Positions 8,162 through 16,164 of a stretch of DNA of 64,000 bases are shown here, one piece after another. Made by a program: the position numbers and the translations under genes. Numbering within the stretch: the first letter of the stretch is position 1; each line of letters opens with the position of its first letter. Below the pieces are notes generated by a model. It had not been told where the DNA came from and ran no database searches. It saw only the letters and a program-made list of their open reading frames with translations. This DNA comes from Patescibacteria group bacterium (GTDB lineage: Bacteria > Patescibacteriota > UBA1384 > GWA2-35-9 > JBASTP01): the NCBI GenBank assembly GCA_049274945.1, contig JBASTP010000009.1, positions 4,441 to 68,440 on the forward strand, read 5' to 3'.

Positions 8162-9775
8162 TTGATTGTAGCAGGTTTTTTCGCTATAATCTACGCAGTT
8201 ATGAATACCCTTCAACAACGTTTCCCGAAAGTTTACCAGGACTTTTTTTCGCAGTGTACCAAGGTGGCCTCCGCACCGCACTCGTTTTTTTGGTTTGGCG
8301 ATTTGACCGGGTTATGGGGCGGTAAGACGATAATCCAAAAACTGCCAATGCGGTTTTATGTGGGACTGCAGCCGATTAACAAAAATCGCTTCGAGGTAGA
8401 CCCAGAGTTTACCGCCTATAGCCGCATGAGCGATCAGTTTGAGACGGTGCGGTTTGATGAGTTTGTGGTGAAACGCCTGTCAACCTACGGGGTCGCCAAC
8501 CTACGAGGTTGGCGTTTGCGTTTTTTTTCGGAAGTTTCGATTGGCGTGTCGCTTGGCGCCGTTGGTGCCCTCGCCGCCTGCGTAGCCAGTCTCAAACAGT
8601 TAACCCTTAGGGTTGGCGAACCAAGAACCCTAAGGGTTAGGTATTCGGATAAGTTATTTCATGAGGCGTGGGAAATTGCCCGGTTGCTGCAAGATAACAA
8701 ATCTTCGGGCGCCAGCGCCTACGCTGCCCTTACCGAATCAGCTTACCCGATTGTTTTTTCTTCCACCTGGCCCACGTTTTCCGCCAAACCAATTGGCCCA
8801 GGGAGCGCGCCAAGTGATGATCCTGTCTGGCCGATTGATTTCGCGCTGGTATTTTCCGGCAAGATTGTTAAGGGCGAGGCGGTAGTGCGAAGCATCGAGT
8901 CGGCCAGAGATCAGCTCGTTAACGGCGGCTGGCAGACGTATCTTAACATGCTCGATCTTGTGAGCGCCGAAGGCGCCAAAGCGCTCGGGCAGCTCCTCAA
9001 AAAAGGCACGTCTGAGGCAGCGATCGAGCGACTGTTTGACCTTATGAATCAGTACCAGAACTTGCTCCACTTCGTGAATCTTTCAACACCGCAGCTTGAC
9101 ATGATTTATGGGAGTGTCCACCGGATCGCCAACAAATCGGCGAATCAAGTTGGCTCGGGCGCCAAAATTACTGGTTTGGGCAAGGGCGGCGAAATGTTGG
9201 TGGCTTTGCCATATGGCGAGCACCGCAAAGAGCTCGAAGCCTGGACTAACGAGGCCGGTTACTCGCTCGACTACGCTTCCTGGCGCGACGGTTTTTCGTC
9301 CGAGGGTGTGGTGGTAGAACAGGACATCGAGGCTGGCAAGCGTTCAGGGTTCCTCAAGGGCGATCTTGTGAAAGTTCACACTTGGCAAGAACATCACCAC
9401 CAAACTAGCCTAGAAGAATATACCAAAGTAAAACCTAAGTCATTCGATCTCTTGCTCGATCAGATAACCAATCGAGTCTATATCAAGGGTAAACCAGTAG
9501 ACTCAACCAAGTTGCCCTCGCAAAAAGCCGTGGTGACGATTGTTGGCAAGCTGCTGCAAACTGATACCTGGCAACTGGCCAATTCGGAAATCCCTTTGCC
9601 CACCTATGCCCAATCCCGCTACGACCTCCACGGCAAGGTGGTGATTCCGTTTGTAAAAGCGCTCAAGGTATCGGCGGCTGACTTCAGTCTGAAGTTGAGC
9701 GGCGGACTCTACGACGACTATACCTTGAAGTTAGAAGCCAATCGCCTTAAAATTTGTTTGGTGATGAGGTTTTGA
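8162..9775 (+). CDS. Divergent GHMP-kinase-superfamily-like protein with long C-terminal extension
   Basis: Three GHMP-like blocks: APHSFFWFGDLTGLWGG (motif I-like), SIGVSLGAVGALAACVAS (motif II-like) and SGAKITGLGKGGEMLV (motif III-like). Confidence 0.45.
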   Translation: MIVAGFFAIIYAVMNTLQQRFPKVYQDFFSQCTKVASAPHSFFWFGDLTGLWGGKTIIQKLPMRFYVGLQPINKNRFEVDPEFTAYSRMSDQFETVRFDEFVVKRLSTYGVANLRGWRLRFFSEVSIGVSLGAVGALAACVASLKQLTLRVGEPRTLRVRYSDKLFHEAWEIARLLQDNKSSGASAYAALTESAYPIVFSSTWPTFSAKPIGPGSAPSDDPVWPIDFALVFSGKIVKGEAVVRSIESARDQLVNGGWQTYLNMLDLVSAEGAKALGQLLKKGTSEAAIERLFDLMNQYQNLLHFVNLSTPQLDMIYGSVHRIANKSANQVGSGAKITGLGKGGEMLVALPYGEHRKELEAWTNEAGYSLDYASWRDGFSSEGVVVEQDIEAGKRSGFLKGDLVKVHTWQEHHHQTSLEEYTKVKPKSFDLLLDQITNRVYIKGKPVDSTKLPSQKAVVTIVGKLLQTDTWQLANSEIPLPTYAQSRYDLHGKVVIPFVKALKVSAADFSLKLSGGLYDDYTLKLEANRLKICLVMRF

Positions 9776-9788
9776 AGCAACTTGACAA

Positions 9789-10769
9789 TTGGAAGGAGGT
9801 GGAACTGACATGGAAAGCTCAGCTGATGTTTTGTTTGATGAGCAATGGCCGATCATTGCCCAGGTCCAGACGATTCTCGATACGCGACGGGCATTGCCTA
9901 CGCACTGGTGGGAGCAGATTAGATTTGATAGCAGCCTGGCAAGGTTGGTCTCAAAGTCAGTTGGCGCTGGCTTTTATGACAGCATCCTCTATGAGGACGG
10001 TGTTAGCCTGCAACGATCGCTTTCGTCGCTGATCGGCCAGTACCGGATCAGGCAGCCTGAGATTACGAGGGTTGAACAACAGGTTGGTCAACTCAGGCTG
10101 GTCTGCAAGTATGACTCATTTGTCAACTACACCACGGAACGCTACAACCTTAAGGGTTTAGCACGGATTTACCGATCAGTGCTGGCAGGGCTGACTAGTT
10201 ATCCTGAGCTCGTTTCATACCTCGGAGAGGAGCTCAACCAACCCTCGGTCGTGGTTGATCTCTGTTGCGGCACCGGTCAGATTAGCCATTCCCTGTTCGG
10301 TAAGGTAGCCTGCCAGCGGATCTGCCTCGACCTGTCTCCGGGTATGTTACAAGACGGATTGCGGTCTGGGTATCTGGACACAAGCTACCCGTACTGTGCA
10401 AACGCTGAGCAACTGCCGCTCAGGCAGCGGGCGGTTAACCTGATGCTACTGATTTTTGGGCTCGATACCGTCGAGCGCCCTCGGCAGGTGTTAGTGGAGA
10501 TTAGCCGGGTGCTGGCGCCAGCTGGCAAGCTCTTGCTCGTCACGCCGTTGCCGTTCCGCTACACCTCTGATGGTATTCACTTCGTTACCCCGGATGATCG
10601 CGTTGGTCCTGGCGAAGACTGGCTTGAAGATCTCACGGCCCTAGCAATCTGCCTGGAAAGCGTTGACCTGCGTATCTACCGCTGGGGAGTCTCAACCTAC
10701 TACCACAGCGACATCCGCGGGCTCAAGCAATCGGCTGCCTTCACTTTCTTGATTGACCACTTTCACTAA
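9789..10769 (+). CDS. Class I SAM-dependent methyltransferase
   Basis: Motif I VVDLCCGTGQIS; post-I acidic residue; LAPAGKLLLVTP. Confidence 0.7.
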   Translation: MEGGGTDMESSADVLFDEQWPIIAQVQTILDTRRALPTHWWEQIRFDSSLARLVSKSVGAGFYDSILYEDGVSLQRSLSSLIGQYRIRQPEITRVEQQVGQLRLVCKYDSFVNYTTERYNLKGLARIYRSVLAGLTSYPELVSYLGEELNQPSVVVDLCCGTGQISHSLFGKVACQRICLDLSPGMLQDGLRSGYLDTSYPYCANAEQLPLRQRAVNLMLLIFGLDTVERPRQVLVEISRVLAPAGKLLLVTPLPFRYTSDGIHFVTPDDRVGPGEDWLEDLTALAICLESVDLRIYRWGVSTYYHSDIRGLKQSAAFTFLIDHFH

Positions 10770-10799
10770 CCCTGCACCAGCCGGCGCAGGGGTTTTTTT
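10770..10799 (+). terminator. Rho-independent terminator
   Basis: ccctgcaccagccggcgcaggg hairpin followed by ttttttt. Confidence 0.6.
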
Positions 10800-10979
10800 G
10801 TCAACTGACGGCTGTTTCCATACTTTTCCGGGCAGAAATGGTCAAACTTAGGAATTAAAGGGTCGCGGAGATTTTAAAAGTCCGCGGCCCTATTTTTGTA
10901 TATTTTTTCAATTTTTTTCTAGGCGGTGGAGTTTAGTGTTAGTAGCACGTTCTTGCACAACAAGGAAGAAGGTGAATAG

Positions 10980-11930
10980 ATGACTGGTGAGCTCGTGGTG
11001 CCCAAGCCGTATCGAGCTTACACGCTCGAATGGCGCAAATCTTCGGGCTATGCTGATATTTATTGTTTGGCCAACGGGACTTCCAGAGTCGTTGCCAAGC
11101 GCATCAAGAGGAACAATGGTGATTCAGGGTTCCTCGGGATGTGTACGGTCACCGAAAAGTTTAGAACAACCCTCGCTGACGTTGGAGTACCGGTGCCCGA
11201 GCTATATGAGTTTCATCAAGTGTCAAACGGAGAGTCGCCCGACGTCTGGCACATCGTATCATACGCTGGAGAAGATCTGCTCGCCCAGCTCATCAACCAC
11301 CCCCACCGCGCGCAAGAAATGGTAACGCACGTTCTCGCGGCAATCGAAGGGGTTCTCTCTCAAACCAATCGCACCTTGGGCCTTGATCCGAGGTTGTCGA
11401 ATTTTGGTGACACCTACTTCGATCTGTTTCCTCCGCTGATTGTGTTGTCTGGGATGCCGTATGTCCACTACCCCAATCCCACCGATCCGAAACTCATCGA
11501 GCGGGAATTGGAGCGTAAGTTTACGCCCGAGGGGATCGTTCGCCGGTTGCGGTTTGAGCTGATGGTGCACAACCCCCAATGGGACCGACTTATTTCAGCA
11601 ACGGTGAGTCGGATCTACTGCGAACCGTTACGTTCACGGTTGACTGACTACCTAAGCCAATTGCCAGACAATCGAGTGGACCCTGAGACCAAGGACCGGA
11701 GTCAGATCGGCGAGTTAATCCACCGCTGCATAGCGGTTGACGACATTGACTCGCTACGGGAAATTGCGGCGAAGATTATTCCGGTATCAAATGGCCGCCA
11801 CGTAACGATGAACGATGTTTTTCACCTCACGAGCCATTTCCATAGTTCCAGCAACTATCCAGCTTCTCGAGCCCAACGGCTTGAGATGTTCCTCACAATG
11901 ATGGAAACCTACCTTTCCTCAAAGGGTTAG
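10980..11930 (+). CDS. Hypothetical protein (possible kinase-like fold; weak)
   Basis: 316-aa ORF; convergent with PHP gene 11927..12829; no confident family. Confidence 0.45.
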   Translation: MTGELVVPKPYRAYTLEWRKSSGYADIYCLANGTSRVVAKRIKRNNGDSGFLGMCTVTEKFRTTLADVGVPVPELYEFHQVSNGESPDVWHIVSYAGEDLLAQLINHPHRAQEMVTHVLAAIEGVLSQTNRTLGLDPRLSNFGDTYFDLFPPLIVLSGMPYVHYPNPTDPKLIERELERKFTPEGIVRRLRFELMVHNPQWDRLISATVSRIYCEPLRSRLTDYLSQLPDNRVDPETKDRSQIGELIHRCIAVDDIDSLREIAAKIIPVSNGRHVTMNDVFHLTSHFHSSSNYPASRAQRLEMFLTMMETYLSSKG

Positions 11931-12829
11931 CCGCGTTCGGCTACCCTTTTTTGTATCTGACGAGTTATGAGCTTGAATTCGTTCATGGTGACGCCACCAT
12001 CCCCCAGATATCGGTCCGGGCTTTTAACAAATCCATGCCAGTCAGAACCACCGGTCTCAAGCAACTTATACTGTTTAGCGAGTTTACGGTAATGTTGTAG
12101 TTGTTTAGGCGTGTGTTTGGCGGATCTGACCTCGAGCGCATCCAAACCATGATGAGCCAGGTTGGGTATAAGTTTTTCAATGAGTTCTTCGAGCTTGTTA
12201 TTTGGAAGATCGTTGAATCCACGGTAGTTGCCGGGATGGGCCAGCGTGGCAATGCCACCGGCGTTATGGATAAGCGTTATTGCTTTTGCCGGCGACATCG
12301 CCCAAGCCGCGGTGCCAACTGGGACATAGGCGGCACCGCCACCGTGCATTAATTCCCGAGCTTCACCGAGCGGAATGTTTCGTTCTTTGGCAATGGCGGT
12401 TGAAATGTGGTACTTGACCACAACTAGTCCATTTGGCAATGTGCGAGCAATATCCTCATACTTTAGCTTGGTGGCGCCAGAGCCCCGGAGTTTTGCAAGC
12501 ATCGTTTCCGCTCTCTCCTTCATACCTTCGAGCGTTTCATGGAGACCACTGTTGAGCACCGCTAGGTTAAAGTTGTTGCTATAACCAATGATGTGAACTT
12601 CCATGCGTTTATATTTGGTCGAGATTTCAACTCCTTCAAGGGTCTGGAGAGAGAATTTGTTCGCCAGGCGCCGGTAGGTCCCGCCGAGTCCTTTCGTCAC
12701 GTCGTGCTCAGTAAGCACGATCCCTTTTAGTCCAGCTCGCTTCGCCTCGCGAAAGACTCGGGTAGGTGGATAATCTCCGTCAGACCAATTAGAGTGCACG
12801 TGCAGGTCGCATGGAAATTTTGGTTTCAT
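11927..12829 (-). CDS. PHP-domain metal-dependent phosphoesterase (TrpH/YciV-like), paralog of 4876..5763
   Basis: CDLHVHSNWSDGDY...GLKGIVLTEHD and ETGGSDWHG; roughly 40% identical to the other PHP protein. Confidence 0.8.
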   Translation of the reverse strand: MKPKFPCDLHVHSNWSDGDYPPTRVFREAKRAGLKGIVLTEHDVTKGLGGTYRRLANKFSLQTLEGVEISTKYKRMEVHIIGYSNNFNLAVLNSGLHETLEGMKERAETMLAKLRGSGATKLKYEDIARTLPNGLVVVKYHISTAIAKERNIPLGEARELMHGGGAAYVPVGTAAWAMSPAKAITLIHNAGGIATLAHPGNYRGFNDLPNNKLEELIEKLIPNLAHHGLDALEVRSAKHTPKQLQHYRKLAKQYKLLETGGSDWHGFVKSPDRYLGDGGVTMNEFKLITRQIQKRVAERG

Positions 12830-12883
12830 AACGTAATTTTCTCCTATTTTTCTATAAAGAAAAAGCGGGGAGTACCCGCAGTA

Positions 12884-13816
12884 TTAATAGTTGAATAGTT
12901 TGATGATTTGGCGGGCAGCCCGGTCGACATCATCGTTGACTACATAGACATCGATCGATTGAGCAGTGTCTGCTAGGTGCCGGACGGCTCGTTCTAGTCG
13001 CCGCATCAGGGCATCTTCGGTAACCGTTCCCTTGGAAGATCTTTGGGAACGTTCCTCGGCAGAGCGTGTCCTCGCCCGCCGAGCCATTTCCTCGAGCGAC
13101 GGCGGTAGTAGAAAAACCAAGACAAATGGGATATCGTGCAATGCAGCCTCGGTTTTAATATTTCTCGCTGTCCCCGCACCCGAATCAATGTAGAATTGTT
13201 CACCTCGTGATAATGCTTCAAGAAGCTGCTGTTTTGGTATGCCAGCTTTGTTCTCAATAGCCCCAGTGGCTTTATCAATAGCTTCGGTCGGGCAGAGGAT
13301 TTCGCCTGCCGCCTTCTGGCGTTCGTATTCATCATCGCTCAAAAAGATGTAATCAACGCCTTCAACCTCACCAGGTCTCGGAGCTCTCGTATTGACGCGC
13401 GGCAGACGGCGAATGCCCGCATCCTCGAGTTTTTTGCCAACAGTGCCTTTGCCTGCTCCGGATGGAGCAGTCAGCACCAAAAACCGAGGGGCAACATCAC
13501 GCCGCTCAAATTGCTCTAAGGTGAATCGCTCGAGGTTGCTTGGGATTGTATTTGGCTGGTGTTCATCCAACTTGTGCTGCTGCGCTACGCTAATGAGTGC
13601 AGCATTCCAAGCTTGAATTAGTTGATTCATGGTTTGCTCCATAACAAGGTACTGGGTCGAACGGACCTCTGTTAGTTTATACTTTTCGTGTTGAGATGTC
13701 AACCTTATTACACCCACACCGCCAAAATGGCACCCGATACCGCCAGCACGATTAGGTGGTAGCTTAAACGCAGCTCTGGCTAATACGGCGAGATAGTTAA
13801 TAGTGACATCAGTCAT
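12884..13816 (-). CDS. gmk: Guanylate kinase with ~100-aa N-terminal extension (true start may be internal)
   Basis: P-loop LVLTAPSGAGKGTVGKKL; RLPRVNTRAPRPGEVEGVDYIFLS matches the GMP-binding region. Confidence 0.7.
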   Translation of the reverse strand: MTDVTINYLAVLARAAFKLPPNRAGGIGCHFGGVGVIRLTSQHEKYKLTEVRSTQYLVMEQTMNQLIQAWNAALISVAQQHKLDEHQPNTIPSNLERFTLEQFERRDVAPRFLVLTAPSGAGKGTVGKKLEDAGIRRLPRVNTRAPRPGEVEGVDYIFLSDDEYERQKAAGEILCPTEAIDKATGAIENKAGIPKQQLLEALSRGEQFYIDSGAGTARNIKTEAALHDIPFVLVFLLPPSLEEMARRARTRSAEERSQRSSKGTVTEDALMRRLERAVRHLADTAQSIDVYVVNDDVDRAARQIIKLFNY

Positions 13817-13914
13817 TGATAATTCCTCTCAACTTTACTGCTTGACCTTTGTATGATTATATTCCCCAGGGGCTGATTTTTTCAAGATAATTTGGTAAAA
13901 TAGCTGAGAATAAT

Positions 13915-13999
13915 GCCCAGGTGGTGAAACCCGGTAAACACGCTAGCTCGAGGAGCTAGTGCCCGCAAGGGCTTGGAGGTTCAAATCCTCTCCTGGGCA
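13915..13999 (+). tRNA. Type-II tRNA, best read as tRNA-Leu (anticodon GAG) with unusual C at position 33
   Basis: Acceptor GCCCAGG/CCTGGGC with discriminator A; anticodon stem CTAGC/GCTAG and loop TCGAGGA; hairpinned variable arm GCCCGCAAGGGC; T-loop TTCAAAT. Confidence 0.65.
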
Positions 14000-14044
14000 C
14001 ACAGGTAATCGAACCTGAATAATTGAGCGGTTAAGAAAGGAATT

Positions 14045-14263
14045 GTGATGGTTACTATGAGTGAACAAGCTGCTGATATTTCCACCTGGCCGATCGAGTT
14101 TCTTGACAAGCAGGCTACTTGCCCTTGCGGGGCAACCGTTAGTTTGCACATTAATCACGATCAAGGCTCCGAAAAACGGTTCGACGGCCATTTGATGGTT
14201 CGGGATGAGGGAGCACCGAGACCCTGCCCTTACCACGGCAAGCCAATATCCCAAGAGCAATAA
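14045..14263 (+). CDS. Small Cys-containing hypothetical protein (72 aa)
   Basis: CPCG...CPYHG spacing; followed by a terminator-like hairpin. Confidence 0.3.
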   Translation: MMVTMSEQAADISTWPIEFLDKQATCPCGATVSLHINHDQGSEKRFDGHLMVRDEGAPRPCPYHGKPISQEQ

Positions 14264-14291
14264 CCCGGCTCTTTTTCCACTCCCCCCAAGC

Positions 14292-14314
14292 CACCGCCCA
14301 GCGGCGGCTTTTTT
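14292..14314 (+). terminator. Rho-independent terminator
   Basis: ccgcc-cagc-ggcgg hairpin followed by ttttttt. Confidence 0.5.
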
Positions 14315-14321
14315 TGGCCGG

Positions 14322-14350
14322 ATTGAAGGAATCAAAAAATTCGCGTAAAA
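14322..14350 (+). promoter_or_regulatory. Sigma70-like promoter for the tRNA-Phe/tRNA-Val transcription unit
   Basis: TTGAAG, 17-nt spacer, TAAAAT, positioned ~20 nt upstream of tRNA-Phe. Confidence 0.4.
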
Positions 14351-14371
14351 TACCCACTAGATTGACAATAT

Positions 14372-14443
14372 GCCTGGGTAGCTCAGTGGTAGAGCGCATC
14401 CCTGAAGAGGATGGCGTCGGTGGTTCAATTCCGCCCCCAGGCA
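14372..14443 (+). tRNA. tRNA-Phe (anticodon GAA)
   Basis: GCCTGGGTAGCTCAGTGGTAGAGC...; anticodon loop CTGAAGA; T-arm GGTGGTTCAATTCCGCC; acceptor CCCAGGC plus A. Confidence 0.9.
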
Positions 14444-14456
14444 CATTCGGTCGCTT

Positions 14457-14512
14457 AGCCCCGACGATTCGAGAAAAATTCTGATGTCGGGGTCCCGACC
14501 GGAGCGTCGGGA
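14457..14512. repeat. Double-hairpin palindromic element, copy A (CCCCGAC-loop-GTCGGGG then TCCCGAC-loop-GTCGGGA)
   Basis: Two adjacent perfect 7-bp stems in the tRNA-Phe/tRNA-Val spacer; the same stems recur at 47878..47932. Confidence 0.5.
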
Positions 14513-14536
14513 CTCAATTAGGCCCGTTAGATTCTT

Positions 14537-14608
14537 GCTCACTTAGCTCAGCGGTAGAGCATCTGGTTTACATCCAGAGGGTCGTAGGTTCGAATCCTAC
14601 AGTGAGCA
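14537..14608 (+). tRNA. tRNA-Val (anticodon TAC)
   Basis: GCTCACTTAGCTCAGCGGTAGAGC; anticodon loop TTTACAT; T-arm GTAGGTTCGAATCCTAC; acceptor AGTGAGC plus A. Confidence 0.9.
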
Positions 14609-14619
14609 CAATTCCTCTA

Positions 14620-15000
14620 ATGATTGATTATTTTAGTTCTTTTTTTCTCGATCCGATTCCGCCCACGAGCGGCTTTCTCGTTGTGCCGGCGCTCCTATTC
14701 CTTGGCCTCATAGGAGCCGGCCTCCGTCTTTCGTTCAAGTTCAAGCCGATCCACGGGCTCCAGGAAAAACTCCGGGGCTACTGGTCCAACGCGGTTTGGA
14801 CAACTGGCATATTGGGATTCGTTGCGCTGGGCTTCCGGTACTTGGGTACCCCTTGGCTTGGCTCAAATCTTGTGCTAGGATTGATTATCGTAACCTTCGG
14901 CGCGTGGGCTCTCATAGTTTACGCCTGGCAGCGCAAGGGCTACCGCGAAGAATTAGAGCTACTGGAACGCCGCAAGATTCACGAAAAATATTTACCTTAA
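14620..15000 (+). CDS. Small integral membrane protein (about 126 aa, 3 TM)
   Basis: ORF track starts it at a GTG inside tRNA-Val; the ATG at 14620 (MIDYFSSFFLDPIPP...) is more plausible; hydrophobic throughout. Confidence 0.45.
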   Translation: MIDYFSSFFLDPIPPTSGFLVVPALLFLGLIGAGLRLSFKFKPIHGLQEKLRGYWSNAVWTTGILGFVALGFRYLGTPWLGSNLVLGLIIVTFGAWALIVYAWQRKGYREELELLERRKIHEKYLP

Positions 15001-15005
15001 ATCCC

Positions 15006-16142
15006 ATGACCAAGACAAAACCAATTACCGGAATGGCTGATCTCCTGGAAGCCCACGGCGCCGCCGTGGTGCCGTTTCGTAGTCAAGAGGTAGTTGAGGT
15101 TACGATCACCGCGATCACCAAATCGAAAATTTGGGTGGATGTTGCAAATCTCACCACCGGCTTTATTCCCGATCGAGAGTTCAGTTTCGATGTTTCAACG
15201 CTCAAGGTGGGTGACACGGTGCTCGCCCAGGTGATCATGCCCGAAAACGAAGATGGCTACGTGATCTTTTCGCTCCGCCGCGCCGACCGCGAGCGCATCT
15301 GGCGCACCCTCGAGGAAAAGCACGGTAGCGGCGATCCGCTCGCCGTCCGGGTAACCGCGGCCAATCGCGGCGGCCTGATTGTTGACTTTGCCGGAATCGA
15401 AGGTTTTCTGCCGGTTTCCCACCTCGCCTCGAATCACTATCCTAAAGTCGAGGGCGGCGACACCACTAAGATTCTCACTAAGCTCCGCGAGCTCATGAAC
15501 CAAGATCTCCAAGTCAAGGTGATCAACTTTGATCGCACCGCGGGCAAGCTGATTTTTTCCGAACGCGCCGCCGGCGATGAAAAAATGGAGCAGGCGATCA
15601 GCCGTCTCAAGGTGGAAGATATTGTTAAAGTTACCATCTCCGGCATTGTGGATTTTGGCCTCTTTGTTCGTTTTAAACCCACTGGCCTGGAAGAAGATGT
15701 GGAAGGGTTAATCCACATCTCCGAGGTGAGCTGGGAGCGCGTGGACGATTTAGGTAAGCGGTTCAAGGTGGGTGAAAAAATCGATGCTAAGGTAATTTCA
15801 CTCGAAGACGGCCGGGTCTCCTTCTCGCTCAAGCGGCTGGGGGAAGATCCGTGGGAAAAGGGTGCGGCCAAGCTCACGGTTGGCACTAAACTTAAGGGCG
15901 AGGTCACCCGGGTTACGCCGTTTGGCAGTTTTGTGAAACTCGGCCCTGGGGTGGAAGGGTTAGTCCACCGCGACGCAACCACTAAACCACTGGAAGTTGG
16001 CTCAAGCCACCAATTTACGATTGTGGAAGTAGATGCCAACGCTCACAAAGTTTCGCTCTCCATGAAAGAGGCTAAATCAGCCGCCAAGGCCTTGCCTAAA
16101 CCGAAGAAAACTGCTACAAAGAAAGTGGCCGCTAAGGCCTGA
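15006..16142 (+). CDS. rpsA: 30S ribosomal protein S1 (four S1 domains, Lys/Ala-rich tail)
   Basis: Repeated S1-fold blocks (GFIPDREFS..., GLIVDFAGIEGFLPVSHLA..., GIVDFGLFVRF...GLIHISEVSW, VTRVTPFGSFVKL...GLVHRD). The ATG at 15006 follows the stop of the upstream ORF; the ORF-track start at 14796 would overlap it. Confidence 0.85.
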   Translation: MTKTKPITGMADLLEAHGAAVVPFRSQEVVEVTITAITKSKIWVDVANLTTGFIPDREFSFDVSTLKVGDTVLAQVIMPENEDGYVIFSLRRADRERIWRTLEEKHGSGDPLAVRVTAANRGGLIVDFAGIEGFLPVSHLASNHYPKVEGGDTTKILTKLRELMNQDLQVKVINFDRTAGKLIFSERAAGDEKMEQAISRLKVEDIVKVTISGIVDFGLFVRFKPTGLEEDVEGLIHISEVSWERVDDLGKRFKVGEKIDAKVISLEDGRVSFSLKRLGEDPWEKGAAKLTVGTKLKGEVTRVTPFGSFVKLGPGVEGLVHRDATTKPLEVGSSHQFTIVEVDANAHKVSLSMKEAKSAAKALPKPKKTATKKVAAKA

Positions 16143-16164
16143 CGTTCTCTTACAAATGAGGTGA

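Noticed and set aside
13915-13999. Assignment of this tRNA as Ser(CGA)
   Set aside because: It requires an anticodon stem that does not pair; the paired stem gives anticodon GAG, G37 and A73, which indicate Leu
14796-15005. Long 5' extension of rpsA from the ORF track
   Set aside because: It overlaps the upstream membrane-protein ORF in another frame; the ATG at 15006, directly after that ORF's stop, gives a canonical S1 N-terminus
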